DNA of 64,000 nucleotides from Octopus sinensis (lineage: Eukaryota), in assembly GCF_006345805.1 (NCBI RefSeq), contig NC_042999.1, positions 8,804,001-8,868,000 of the forward strand, in the 5' to 3' direction. The translations under genes were made by a program, and so were the position numbers. The first letter of the stretch is position 1, and each line of letters starts with the position of its first letter. Below, piece after piece: positions 38,040 to 51,026 of the stretch. The notes under the pieces were generated by a model. That model searched no databases. It saw only the letters and a program-made list of their open reading frames with translations, and was not told the DNA's origin.

Positions 38040-38640
38040 ATGAGGAACATCAATCTTTGTTAAGATCGACTCGAATTCCCCTCAATAACACCTACAGACT
38101 AAATTTGATCATTGCATTTCTGGACATTCGAGTAGTTTGTTTTTGTGGACAGGAATTCTTCCAATTACAATTGTTTATTCCTTCGTGGAGATGTCTGCTA
38201 CTGAGAAGCTTCGGCGAGTGTTTATTTGATCCATGTCCATCTGTTTTGTTATATTCTGTTCTCGTTATTGCTTTTCCTCGGTCCTCGGTCCTCTTCACTG
38301 AAAACTCTCCTGCCACATCTAAGATAAAATTTTGATATGGCTGCCTATTTGTTCAAATGTTTATATATGGAATTCTATGTTCTTCATTAGTCTTAGACTT
38401 TCGTGATACTTTACGTGTATTCTAGATCTACTGTAATGTGTTGTTTCTTATAAACAACGATTTCTGTCATATCAGCAGCGTGTTTTGGGACCTCATTTAT
38501 TGCACGTGATGTCATCCACAGTTGAGTATTTTCATTCATTTTGTGAAGTCCCACGGGTTCTTTGATCTCTGTTCTTTTGCCATACCTCCGTTCAGGTGAC
38601 ATAATCCCTTCTACTGTATTATTTTCGACGTGCATTCATT
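38040..38640 (-). mobile_element. Possible highly degenerate PLE GIY-YIG endonuclease remnant
   Basis: VVYK...DLEYT*SITKSLRL and SRHLHEG..CNWKN...LNKD loosely resemble a PLE endonuclease; many stops. Confidence 0.35.
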
Positions 38641-38918
38641 TATAATTTGCTTTTTTTTTAAATTTTGGATATTATTCTTTTATCAATTTTTTGACTTGTT
38701 TCACTCATTAGATTGCGACCATGCTTGAGCAGCGCGTTGAAGAATTACAGTCGACCCAATCGACCCCAGAACTTATTTTTTAAGAGCATGATACTTATTC
38801 TATCGGATATTTTTCCGAACCGCTCAGTTACTGAGACGTAAATACACCAAGGCCCTTTGTGAAATGGTGATGGTGGACATAGACAAGACACAAAGACACA
38901 CATATACGTATATTTATA

Positions 38919-39049
38919 TATATAAGAATTTTTTGCGTAATGAGATAAAATAAACCAAGGCTGTATAGATATTATAGCATCTATAAATGCTATAATATCT
39001 ACACATCCTTGGTTTTTTTTTATCTCATTACGCAAAAAATTCTTATATA
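38919..39049. repeat. Near-perfect palindrome (~62-bp arms, 6-nt loop)
   Basis: TATATAAGAATTTTTTGCGTAATGAGATAAAA...GCAT-CTATAA-ATGC...TTTTATCTCATTACGCAAAAAATTCTTATATA. Confidence 0.9.
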
Positions 39050-39220
39050 CACACGCTGACATAGAACCAACGTTGAACCCTTTATTCGCAATATTACCGA
39101 ATCTGGAACTTAACTATGGTCTGTCTATAGCACTTATTCAGCATTAGCTGATACCTTTGGGTCTCAATGACACCATTATATCCTATATATATATATATAT
39201 ACACGTGTATGTGTGTGTGT

Positions 39221-39257
<37 letters not shown>

Positions 39258-40194
39258 TGTGACGGACATCTTCCACTTTCCGTCTACCAAATCTACTCAC
39301 AGGGCTTTGGTCGGCCCGGGGTTATTGTAGAAGACACTTGCCCAAGATGCCACGCAGTGGGAGTGAACCGCGGACCACGTGGTTGGTAAGCTAACTTCTT
39401 ACCACACAGCCACGCCTTCGCCTATTCCTCACCCTATATCTCCCTATATTTACCAGTGCGTTCGCATTTATATTCTACTTGCTTTTTTCGTTTCTTTTTT
39501 TCTTTGTTCCTTTTTCTTTTTTTCTTTTCTCAGACATTTCTTTTATACCACTCGTATGTTTTGAATAAAACGTTGTTTACGTGCAACAATAAGATAACAC
39601 TTGAATGCTATGTTCACTTACAACAACGTTCAACTGATTATTTTTTTTTTCTTTAATTTCGGCGCTAGCAGCTTCTCTGTCAGCAATTATTCTTTGGAAG
39701 CAGCGACGTTTTGGAACCGCATCTTACATTATTTTCATATCCAGCTCACAATAAACACACAGTAGGAAATTCATTATTCATTCTGACTCAGCTTGTTGTG
39801 GTTTGTTGCAATCTGATTTAACCTTGGGCATTCTTGATGAGATTTTAAACAGCCCTGTCTTTAGTTCATGCTCGCTTTGTTTGTCCAGAATATTTATTTC
39901 CTACTTTAGCATGCGCACAACATTTCTCAAGAAATATATCTAGTGTGTTTAGCATCTCCATGTGAGTTATATGATAAGTATTAATTGCAAAAGCGATGTT
40001 TGTCTCATTTTGTTTTGTTTATGTTCAAATGTCATATGGAAGAGCAGGAATTCACTGTAAAATAATGGTTTGTAATTTTGGGAGTTTAGCGTGGAATAAT
40101 CATACAGTAAAGGAACCAGCATCTCCTAGATTTAACTGTACGCTAGATGTGTTTCATGGACAAAAAACTACCTTATTATTGTTGTTGTTGTTAA

Positions 40195-41080
40195 GGCAGC
40201 GAGCTGGCAGAAACGTTAGCACGCCGGGCGAAATGCTTAGCAGTATTTCGTCTGCCGCTACGTTCTGAGTTCAAATTCCGCCGAGGTTGACTTTGCCTTT
40301 CATCTTTTCGGGGTCGATTAAATAAGTACCAACTACGCCCTGGGGTCGATGTAATCGACTTAATCCGTTTATCTATCTTTGTTTGTCCTCTCTGTGTTAA
40401 GCCCCTTGTAGGTAGTAAAGAAATAGAAATAGGTATTTCGTCTGCCGTTACGTTCTGAGTTCAAATTCCACCGAGGTCAACTTGCCTTTCATCCTTTCGG
40501 GGTCGATAAATTAAGTACAGTTACGCACTGGGGTCGATATAATCGGCTTAATCCCTTTGTCTGTCCTTGTTTGTCCTCTCTGTGTTAAGCCCCTTGTGGC
40601 TAGTAAAGAAATAGGTATTTCGTCTACGCTACGTTCTGAGTTCAAATTCCGCCGAGGTCGACTTTACCTTTCATCCTTTCGGGGTCGATAAATTAAGTAC
40701 AAGTTACGCACTGGAGTCGATATAATCGGCTTAATCCCTTTGTCTGTCCTTGTTTGTCCTCTCTGTGTTTAGCCCCTTGTGGGTAATAAAGAAATAGGTA
40801 TTTCGTCTACGCTACGTTCTGAGTCCAAATTCCGCCGAGGTCGACTTTACCTTTCATCCTTTCGGGGTCGATAAATTAAGTACCAGTTGAGTAATGGGGT
40901 CGATCTAATCGACTGTCCCGCTCTCCCAAAATTTCAGAGGCATTTCATCCTAAGTTCAAATCCCGCCGAGATCGACTCTGCCTTTCATCCTTTCGGGGTG
41001 GATAAAATAAGGACTGGTTCAACATTGGGGTAGGTGGAATATACTTAACCCCTCTCTCCAAATTGCTGGCCTTCTGCTAA
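40195..41080 (+). mobile_element. Head-to-tail SINE B multimer (four ~182-190-bp units plus a partial)
   Basis: GTATTTCG unit starts at 40243, 40433, 40615 and 40798; only the first unit carries the 5' head. Confidence 0.9.
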
Positions 41081-41228
41081 AATTAAAAAAAGAAATTTCT
41101 ATGCCAATATGCTGAAAAATAGACCTTAGCTTGTCCAAACACATAATATTTTTCCATTTAAAAGGTATTTTAATATGCTGGCCACTGATAAATTTTTTTG
41201 ATATGTATACACACACACACACACACAC

Positions 41229-41304
<76 letters not shown>

Positions 41305-41699
41305 TGTATGTATGTATGTATGTATGTATGTATGTGCATATCTATATCTATATCTATATATACATAGATACATGCATATGTCTGTGTGTGTATCTATATC
41401 TATATCTATATATATATATATATACATACATACATGCATATACGCATATATATATATATATATATCTCTTTCTATATATATATATGCATGTATGTATGTA
41501 TGTATGTATGTATGTATGTATGTATGTATGCATGCTGAGGAACAATATTCCGTAAGATTTACCAACATAACTCTTTGTGGTGACTTCAGCTGTTATCAAT
41601 ATTGGAAAATAGAATAATTGGAAATCCATCTTCCTGTGCTTTCTGACAGCCCTCGTTTTACTTAGTTACACACCTTTTTTAATATACCGTCGGCAAAGA

Positions 41700-42460
41700 G
41701 TTCCAGAACATTCTATAAAGCATTTGGTGCGAAGATTTCTGCTCACAAATCAATGTGACTGGCTGAACCACAATTGTGTGAGATTTATACTATTAATATC
41801 ATCCATCGTCCGAAGCTGGGGAACAAAGATGCGTTGTTTCAAAACATATCATCTCGTTTCAAATTCTTTTCTTTTTTTACGGCAATAATAGTCTCAGGTT
41901 TTCTCTCATGTATCTCGTCCTTTCATACAATGCTGATGTCCTACGATAGATTTACTTCATCTACCCCCACCTCTGAATTAAGCTTGTGTTCATAACTCAT
42001 TTCTATTTTGTTCAGTTTTCCACTGCAATGTGACCATGCCTCGCTCTGGAATTATTTGTGTTGGTCTACTGCAGCCACAATGTCATTAACTATTTCGTCA
42101 TTCACTCCACAAAGTTGTGACCCAACCGATTTGTCGATGTTATATTAGGATTTCAGATTCACTCTTAAGATTAGCTCTTCGCATCCATTCCAATGACACT
42201 TGCTTATATACTTCACTACCTATGTCTTTTAGTTGGCCATACACCAATTTAATCCATTTTCTATGCCCCTTTGTCTATTTTAGTCATTATTTCCGGGTAA
42301 CTTTTTATCTTTAAATGATGAAATTGTTTTACTTTCATCTGTCAGACTTCAACGCCATCCATCATCTAACAATGAAGATTGTTTCCCCTCATTTTGTTTT
42401 TAAAAAAATACCTATTCACAGCTTGTTAAATTCTTTTTATCAGATCAGCTTCTGAGAAGA
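41700..42460 (-). mobile_element. Old R4/Dong-like remnant (post-RT region)
   Basis: LVYGQLKDIGSEVYKQVSLEWMRRANLKSESEILI and HERKPETIIAVKKE parallel KPLHGKY...WLRSSGLKAETEGFLI and RPDIAV of lineage 1. Confidence 0.55.
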
Positions 42461-42874
42461 TAAATTTCAGCGGTAACACATTTTGGAAGCAGTGTACTCG
42501 ATATGGTCAATGGCCATTTCCTTTTAAGCGTTAACATCCATTTGTGGTTATAATCTTTCGATTTTAACATCCGTTTTCCCAATTAGGTGTTTGTTTCATT
42601 TGATAATCTCAGCTCAGAAACAACATACCTGAATAGTTCTATAAAATTGTATTTTCTGTTTAATGTGCATTTAAAAGCTCATTTCGATCTTCTAAAATGT
42701 CGCTTCCCAAAAGTTCCTCCCATTCATTTACTTTTATCGAATCTATTTCCATTGCATCTTAATATCTCTGTCCATTGTCTTCAATGTCTGTCATCACCTG
42801 CCTATCTATCAACAGTATTCCTTTAGACAACGGAAGATTTCCTCTTCGTAAAATTATTTTTATCATTATTATTA

Positions 42875-43350
42875 TTGTTGTGGTGCTGCTGGTGGGGTAC
42901 TTTCCAAGCCAGTACATGCTAATTTGATTCGCAACAATGTTATCTTGAGGTTAGGTGATACCATATCTCCTCAAATCTCGTAACTCTTTAGCTAAATTCT
43001 TGCTTAATATAGAATGGTACTTCTATAATATAGAATCAATATAGAATTGTGCAGGACCACAATACGAGTTCCAATTCCAATTTCTTTCAAACTTTTAGGT
43101 AACATTTTGGGTGCTGTGCCAAGAGCACCATTTACCACAATTATAATTGATGTCTTAATCTTCCACAGTCTCATCAGCTCTTTCGCTAGATTCTTGTATC
43201 TCTAAATTTTTTTTTCAATTTCTTTGGTACCGAGTCCGAATTGTAAAATCTATCTCACACTGTTTCCTTTATCCTCCTTAAACATATTTGGTTTCCTTGC
43301 TTCAATCGTATTCTTAGATTTTGTGGGGTAAGTCCCATAAGATCCTGTCA
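42875..43350 (-). mobile_element. Old R4/Dong-like 3' fragment
   Basis: ILWDL... and YKNLAKELMRLWKIKTSIIIVVNGALGTAPKMLPKSLKEIGI; the 3' side abuts a short (TAT)n near 42865. Confidence 0.65.
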
Positions 43351-43400
43351 TTCTCATTCTCTGTCACAGCCTCTGGTATTAATCGTACCACTTTCCTGAA

Positions 43401-43528
<128 letters not shown>

Positions 43529-44018
43529 GGTGGTGGTGGTGGTAGTATTGGTGGTAAGGCGGTGAGCTTGCAGAATAGTAACCACCGGAAATAGGTACCA
43601 GTTACACACTGGGGTCGATGCAGTCGTCTTGCTCCCCGACGCCCCACAAAATTGCAGGCCTTGTTCCTATAGTAAAAATTAAGGATTATTGTTATTTCTC
43701 ATACTGACATTATCATTTCTGTCCTCGTCATCTGCTTCCACATCCTTTGCTGAGCTCGGTCAGCCAATGTTCTCCTCGGCTGCTGTGGGCTTCATTACAT
43801 TCTCCCTGTGTTTCAATATTTGATTGCATTCCATCTGCTGTTTACTCTTCTCTACAGTTTCCATGTATGCGTGTATGTTTGTTTACAGTATCCAAACATT
43901 CCTTAATGAATAATGTTAGAAGAATTACACCCGCCTGAAAATAGATATTAAAATAGATATTATATATATATATATATATATATGTATATGTGTGTGTGTG
44001 TGTGTGCGCGCGTATATA

Positions 44019-44060
<42 letters not shown>

Positions 44061-47000
44061 CATAGAAGTTTGGAGATGATGTACAGGTATTTTATATTAG
44101 AAGAAATGAGGTACTCAGAAATTCGGATGGTTTTATATTTACAGATATTTATTTGTTTATTACATGTTTTTATACATCATATATCATCCATCATATATCA
44201 TATATCATATATTAGCGCTTTCGTCCATTCTAGTGGAGTTATATATAAAAGTATATATTATATATGTATACATGCAAAAACACACGCGTGTATACACAGA
44301 TAGTTTTGAAGAATTGCATTTCAATACAGTGTCAGAAATTCGATCTCTCTCCACTCAAATTTTGTCAAAAATAATTTGTATTCATGTTTTGAAAGTGGGA
44401 ACAGCATCTCTGGTGCGCAGCAAGTTGTAAACAATCGGGAGACAGATCTACAACGAGGTGTCGATTACCTGCAGACGATAATTCACTCTTTCACACCTCT
44501 TCCTTTCTCTCTCTCTCTCTTCCCCTCTGAAGATATTGTCCTATTCCTCACTCAATGAATCATTATTGACTTAACAACTGCATTTAGAACGTGATATTGA
44601 TCCAGCGGACAGCAGCAGACCTTATACTGCCACTATGGCTGCTGCTGCTACAACTGCTAGTGGAAGTAGTGGTAGTAGTAGTAGTAGTTGTAGTAGTAGT
44701 AGTAGTAGTGGTGGTGGTGGTGGTGGTGGTGGTGATGGTGGTGGTGGTTTCAAAGACGACCTGAAAGAAATATGAACTGAAAACACAAAGACGGACGAAA
44801 AGCCGCTAAGCATTTTGTCCGGCGTGCTAACAATTCTGCCAACTCGCCGCCTTGAATTTGAAATTAGTCACCATATTTGTTTCTAATCAATTTGGGAGGT
44901 GGGGGTGGGGGAATTAATCGATTACTACCAATACTTGGCATATACATTATTTTAACAATCCCAGTGAGAATAAAGGCAACGCTTCGGATTTGAACCCATA
45001 GCGTAAACAGCCGTAATCTAAAAACTTGTGGTATGTCGTCCAACGATCTCCTTGGGATTCTACTAAATATCGAACGGATTGAGAGAATCAAAAATATGTC
45101 GGACAAAATTTCTTTATGTCCAGATGTACTTGAGTTCAAATCCCTCTCGGGTCAATTTTTATTTCCATCGTCACAAACTGCTGTAGATGTAATCGATGGT
45201 TCCTTCCCCGCAAAATTTGTGGACTTGTACTAATGGCAACAGAGAATGAAACTGATATTCCAAAAAAACGTTACATAAGAACGCATGCAGTAATGTTGTG
45301 CTGGCATGCGTTTGGTGAAGGAATATTAAACACTGAATTGATTCTAAAAGAATATAAAAACCTAAAAACGAGAAATTTACAGGTAAAACCGTTTTCAATG
45401 ACAAGCAGACGACCTTAAAACAATTTCTCGAATTTCTCTTGAGAATATCAAATACGCGGTATATGAATTAATGCTGTGAAAGTATAAGTGATTTCAAAAT
45501 GGTTGCTGTAATTTAGTAAAAGAAATAAACAAAATGAAGAAGCAGATAGGGAAAATAAATAGACATTAAATACGTATAAAGTAGAGAATGTTTATGAATA
45601 ATGAAAATATACTCTAGAAACAGCGGAACAGTACTGAAGAACAAGGAGGAAATATAATGCCAGATGCATGTAAATCAAAGCAGCACTAACAGGAATTTAA
45701 AATAACAAACTGGGACATGAAAAGCGATGTAAAGTGAATATATCAGATAACTATTGACTTTCGAAAACAAGTAGGAATGTTCACGTAAAAAATAAATACA
45801 GTGTAAACTAAAGATAATACTACGTTGCAAGGCTTCAAGCCAATATAGAATGCAAGAGATTTGAAAAGTTATGTGAGTATTCGATAAAATATCTGCTAAA
45901 TGTCTAAAAGAAGATATATTATCCTTGATAAGGCAAGATAATTTACAGAAACACGTAGCATTTTTTCTGCTTCAAGTTGTTGCTCACCGTTTTACAGTGA
46001 AATTCTAACTACAGTAACAACTAATAATTTTTTTTTTTTCGAAAAAGCATAAAGCCTGGAATTTTGAAGAACGGAATTAGTTGATTACATCGAACCCCAG
46101 TACTGAGACTGGTACTTATTCTATTGACCCCTAAAGGATGAAAAGCGAAGTCGACTTCAGAGGAATTTGAGCTCAGAACGTAAGGACAGACGAAATGCTG
46201 TCAAGTAATTTGACCGGCGTGCTAACGATTCTGCCAGGTCGCCGCCTTAACAACTATAATAATATTAATAATTCCTTCTAATTTTTTGCACAAAGTTAGC
46301 AAATTTGAGGGGAGGGGTATGTTGATTACATTGACCCCAGTATTCAGCTGGTACTTATTCCATCGATCCCGAATGGATGAAAGGCAATGTCGACCTCGGT
46401 CGCATTTGAACTCAGAACGTAAAGATGGATGAAATACCGCTAAGCATTTTGCTTCACAAATTGAGGATACCCGGACAGTTTCATCACCGTGCGCGTTATT
46501 CTGCAAGGTCCGTTTGTTTGAACACAGAGATATAAATGGTGTTGACGATGACCTTGTGTCCCAACACCATAATGCTAATGATTAAGACTTCTCTTCAATA
46601 AATCCCGACACAAAAGTCATCCAAAAGACAACCAGACGCACCATCATCCTCGCTCATATTTTCTACTATTCTTCTGTCTATAAAGCTCGTCTGAAAGTCA
46701 ACTGCCGCATAAAAACGCAAGAGTTGATTTTCAAACAACGAATAAAAGGTGAATGCCAGGAACCAAAACCTCAACCTCAGGCTACAAATGACTTAGAAAA
46801 CTAGTTCAATCAATGAGGTGAGCAGCTGAAAGAGCGGTTAAACGAATGCTGCCCCTAAACGTTTAACTCGTCATCGTCCAGGAATTTCTGAAGACGATTC
46901 AAGCATAACTCATGCCATTGCGTTATTGTCCGTGTTATTTCTTGCTCTCTTGTGTATTTTCTGGTAGTCGAAAGGACCCACTGACCAATGGAAATTGACC

Positions 47001-47803
47001 TTTCCACAAGAAGCAAAACAGCTACAGACTAGTCACATGCTTTCTGGTTTACGACAGCGAGATCACAATAAAATACCCGAGACCGTTTTTCACTTTAACA
47101 GCTGAGTTCAGTTCTGATTGAGCTTGGCATCTCTGATCGCAAAGTATTTTCAGTGTTTGCACATCTAGGAGCTTGTTTCATCCCCTTATTTGAAGTGTCG
47201 GTCCAGTAACACAAGGCACGTAGTGTTTAAAATCACATCAAATATATCCACTAATGAAGACCATAAGATAGCAAAAACACTATCCACCTTCTCATAGAAC
47301 ACTATCTGCCTGGTTTCGATCCAAGCTGGGTGAAAGATCCTGAACGAAATTGCACAGAAAATTATGCCCGATTGCATATTGCAACAGCTCATACTCTGCG
47401 CAATGGAAACACGTGTAGGTCGTCGTAACCATAAAAAATATGGTGTATGATATTGAAAAATAGAAGCAAATAAATTTTGAGGAGGTACCAGTGGCCATAT
47501 TCACACACGCGTGCGTGCACACACACATATATATGTATATACATATACATACACGCAAATGTATGCACAACATATATAATATATATATATATATATAATA
47601 TATATATATATATATAATATATATGTGTATATATATATAATTATATTTACCACCTAGATGTGACTGACCTATATGGGACGATGCTGCTGTAGTTTATAGC
47701 CCCAGGAAGACATCTTCTCCAGCTGGCTAACGACACACTGTCTGCGCCCGATCAGTATTTGCGAAGGGAAATCATCGTTCTCATCTCTAGCCTGACGTGA
47801 TAC

Positions 47804-47846
47804 ACACGTACCTGGGTTTCTGGATAGTAACCCGTCATCAGCGTAT
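47804..47846 (-). ncRNA. Type I hammerhead motif with extended helix I, retrozyme-like family
   Basis: Minus strand: ATACG-CTGATGA-C.GGG.TTACTA.TCC.A-GAAA-CC.CA.GG-TA-CGTGT; distal 15-bp stem 47778-47792/47857-47871 (one mismatch). Confidence 0.7.
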
Positions 47847-48142
47847 ACCAAGCACCGGCTAGGGATGAGAAGTGATGCTAAATGCTTTTTACTGTATGCT
47901 TTTTCCAATGACAAAATGTCGCTGGTCTTGAAAAAGGAGAAACAAGCAATAATAAATCTGTTTACATTTTGGATATATATATATATTATGTGAAATAGAA
48001 AGATGAATAATCTTGTAGCAGATTAATCAAAAGTTTAACCGTTACCTTGGTAGCAAAAATCACAGCAGAAGACAGCACGGTTGGAGGTACAACCATATGG
48101 TGTTGCAACCGTGCGTTGGTGCGGATAATTGAATATTAATAT

Positions 48143-48465
48143 TATTAGTGAATTGAAGAAATGGAGCTGAACGAAGATTGAACAGAAATCGTTTTATTTC
48201 ATTCTACACGTGTTTCGAAAGGCACAATTTACCAAAATCCGATTGAATAATGAGACCATATTGTGTCTTTCTCTTCAGGAAGAAATAGGAAATCCGTTGG
48301 AAAAAACAAAAACAGAACAGAGGCGGAGCAAAACAAATCGAACTAGGCTCCTAATATGGTCTCATTATTCAATCGGATTTTGGTAAATTGTGCCTTTCGA
48401 AACACGTGTAGAATGAAATAAAACGATTCTGTTCAATCTTCGTTCAGCTCCATTTCTTCAATTCA

Positions 48466-48471
<6 letters not shown>
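48143..48471. repeat. Inverted duplication (~120-bp arms, 90-bp spacer)
   Basis: 48143-48262 matches the reverse complement of 48353-48471 with a single 1-nt indel. Confidence 0.92.
48197..48285 (-). ncRNA. Type I hammerhead motif with long helix II
   Basis: Minus strand: TTTCTTC-CTGAAGA-GAAAGACACAAT...ATTGTGCCTTTC-GAAA-CACGT-GTA-GAATGAAA; palindromic ACACGTGT helix III. Confidence 0.7.
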
Positions 48472-48549
<78 letters not shown>

Positions 48550-48838
48550 ACACACACACACCTCATCTCACATTGTATCAATGAATACGTTTAACATGTC
48601 TTTGATGAAACTCGAAAGCAAATAAAAGAATCACATGCGATCAAGCAGAGTTAATATCGAGCAGAATATTATGAAAAGAGGAAAACAGAAGAGTTCATTA
48701 AAAATGGATGCGTCAAGATGAATGGAACCACCTGCTTAAAGTAACATATGATTACGTAGGTCAAAGATAAAGAATATATTAATAAAAGGAGTCTCCGCAC
48801 TAAGGTTTGTTCATAATAATAGTCAACCAGAATATCAA

Positions 48839-48874
<36 letters not shown>

Positions 48875-48876
<2 letters not shown>

Positions 48877-49177
48877 TGATCACGTAACCGACCAGACCAT
48901 CAGATGTTGTTACACATCGCTGGTCACAATGCGTTCGCATTGTTTTAGCCTTTGAATGACGCCACCCCGCTGTCTAAGCGAGCAGGCCAACAGAAGAAAG
49001 AGTGGGAGAAAGAGTGGTGAAAGAGTACAGCAGGGATCACCACTCCCAGCCGGAGCCTCGTGAAGCTTTTTTAGGTGTTTTTCGCTCAATAAACACTCAC
49101 AATGCCCGGTCTGGGAATGGAAACCGCGATCCTCCGACCGCGAATCTGCTGCCCTAACCACTGGGCCATTGCGCCTC
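48875..49177 (-). mobile_element. SINE A1 head with alternative 3' tail
   Basis: Head as in 51732; the 3' part diverges entirely after CTCTTTCACCAC..CTTTCTC. Confidence 0.8.
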
Positions 49178-49470
49178 ACACACACACACACACACAACAC
49201 ACACACACACACACAGTTATATATATATGACTAAAAATATTTTTGTAACAGTGATAGTGACAAAATGAAGTTGAACTGAACATAGAGTCAGACAATTTTA
49301 GCCAAAATTAATAAGAACGAATAATAAAATTACGGAGATGTACTCGCATAGCAAGTAATTTGATCTGAGATCGTGTGCTGAAACAAAAACAATTGCAGCG
49401 TGGAAGGTGTTTATAAGCCATTTAAGAAACACACAAAAGCCGTTCGATTCACTCCAACATTTAAGTTTAA

Positions 49471-49520
49471 TTTGTCAAAATATTTTCGTCGCTAAAATCC
49501 GCGACCTGTTCACTGACAAA
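49471..49520 (-). ncRNA. Candidate type I hammerhead with G3-C8 core variant
   Basis: Minus strand: TTTGTCA-GTGAACA-G-GTCGC.GGATTTTA.GCGAC-GAAA-ATAT-TT-TGACAAA; 7-bp helix I, palindromic AAATATTT, UUU triplet. Confidence 0.55.
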
Positions 49521-49887
49521 GTCCGTATAAAATAAAATGGAAAAGTAACCGGAAACACCTGTCTCTGTCTTTATTTAGCAAAATTAAAATATGAAAAAGA
49601 AACGACAAATCTAAATAATTTGTTAAACCTGATCAACTAAAATTAAAGCGGTTTGGAAGTGAAAGGAAATTTCAGGAAATTATCAGAAATATCAGGAAAA
49701 ACATTCCGGATGAGATTCTTCGATAAATATAAGCATTTCTTCAATAATGGTAAAATAAAAATATCTATCATTTCTTATTTACCCGTCTTTCTGTCTGTTC
49801 ACCTGTATGCATGTATATATGTATCATGTATGTATGTCTATCTATCTGTCTCTCTGTCTGTAACCAGCTAACAATTCATCTATCTCG

Positions 49888-49927
<40 letters not shown>

Positions 49928-50010
49928 CTATATATAATAATAAATATTAGGGAATAAATCCAAATTTACAGGGAAAAATCAGATTTAGGATTAAATCCAA
50001 TTTTATAGTA

Positions 50011-50358
50011 AAATATTATATAATATAATTCGAGACAAAACCACTATTTTGCAAAACAAACAAGGAAAGACTTAATCAATACATAAAAATTTTTAATATA
50101 GAGAAATAAACCGCCACTACAATCGTTTCATGTCTTCAATGACATTCGTCAGGTGGATTTTCGATCTCCTAATCGGTTTTAATTTATGAATTAAAATTCA
50201 TAAATTCGAAAATCCACCTGACGAATGTCATTGAAGACATGAAACGATTGTAGTGGCGGTTTATTTCTTTATATTAAAAATTTTATGTATTGATTAAGTC
50301 TTTCCTTGTTTGTTTTGCAAAATAGTGGTTTTGTCTCGAATTATATTATATTATATTT
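50011..50358. repeat. Inverted duplication (~153-bp arms, 41-bp spacer) of pLTR-like sequence
   Basis: 50011-50164 matches the reverse complement of 50206-50358 with few differences. Confidence 0.92.
50214..50256 (+). ncRNA. Minimal type I hammerhead (mirror copy on minus at 50114-50156)
   Basis: CCAC-CTGACGA-ATGTC.ATTGAA.GACAT-GAAA-C.GATT.G-TA-GTGG. Confidence 0.75.
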
Positions 50359-50380
50359 ATATATATATATTATATATATT

Positions 50381-50443
<63 letters not shown>

Positions 50444-50465
50444 CATAATATATATATATATATAT

Positions 50466-50498
<33 letters not shown>

Positions 50499-50500
<2 letters not shown>

Positions 50501-50908
50501 CGTAGGAGTGGCTGTGTGGTAAGTAGCTTGCTAACCAACCACATGGTTCCGGGTTCAGTCCCACTGCGTGGCATCTTGGGCAAGTGTCTTCTGCTATAGC
50601 CCCGGGCCGACCAATGCCTTGTGAGTGGACTTGGTAGACGGAAACTGAAAGAAGCCCGTCGTATATATGTATATATATATATATGTGTGTGTGTATGTGT
50701 GTGTGTTTGTGTGTTTGTGTTTGTCCCCCTAGCATTGCTTGACAACCGATGCTGTTGTGTTTATGTCCCCGTTACTTAGCGGTTCGGCAAAACAGACCGA
50801 TAGAATAAGTACTGGGCTTACAAAAGAATAAGTCCCGGGGTCGAGTTGCTCGATTAAAGGCTGTGCTCTAGGATGGTCGCAGTCAAATGACTGAAACAAC
50901 TAAAAGAG
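50499..50908 (+). mobile_element. SINE family C (full length)
   Basis: Complete head, internal microsatellite and tail. Confidence 0.88.
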
Positions 50909-50963
50909 TATATATATATATATATGTGTGTGTATGTGTGTGTGTATGTATGTGTGTGTGTAT

Positions 50964-51026
<63 letters not shown>

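Noticed and set aside
39621-39722. Minus-strand peptide DAVPKRRCFQRIIADREAASAEIKEKKNNQLNVV ending at a GTAAGT donor
   Set aside because: No polypyrimidine acceptor upstream and an in-frame stop immediately before; unsupported.
45233-45418. Plus-strand ORF MATENETDIPKK... with a CAG|GTAAAA donor
   Set aside because: The start lies in a SINE B tail remnant, there is no recognisable homology, and no downstream exon was found.
47186-47392. LWSSLVDIFDVILNTTCLVLLDRH resembling GPCR TM3 (DRY region)
   Set aside because: Spacing is off by one, the upstream sequence does not resemble TM2/ECL1, and no other helices are nearby; likely chance.
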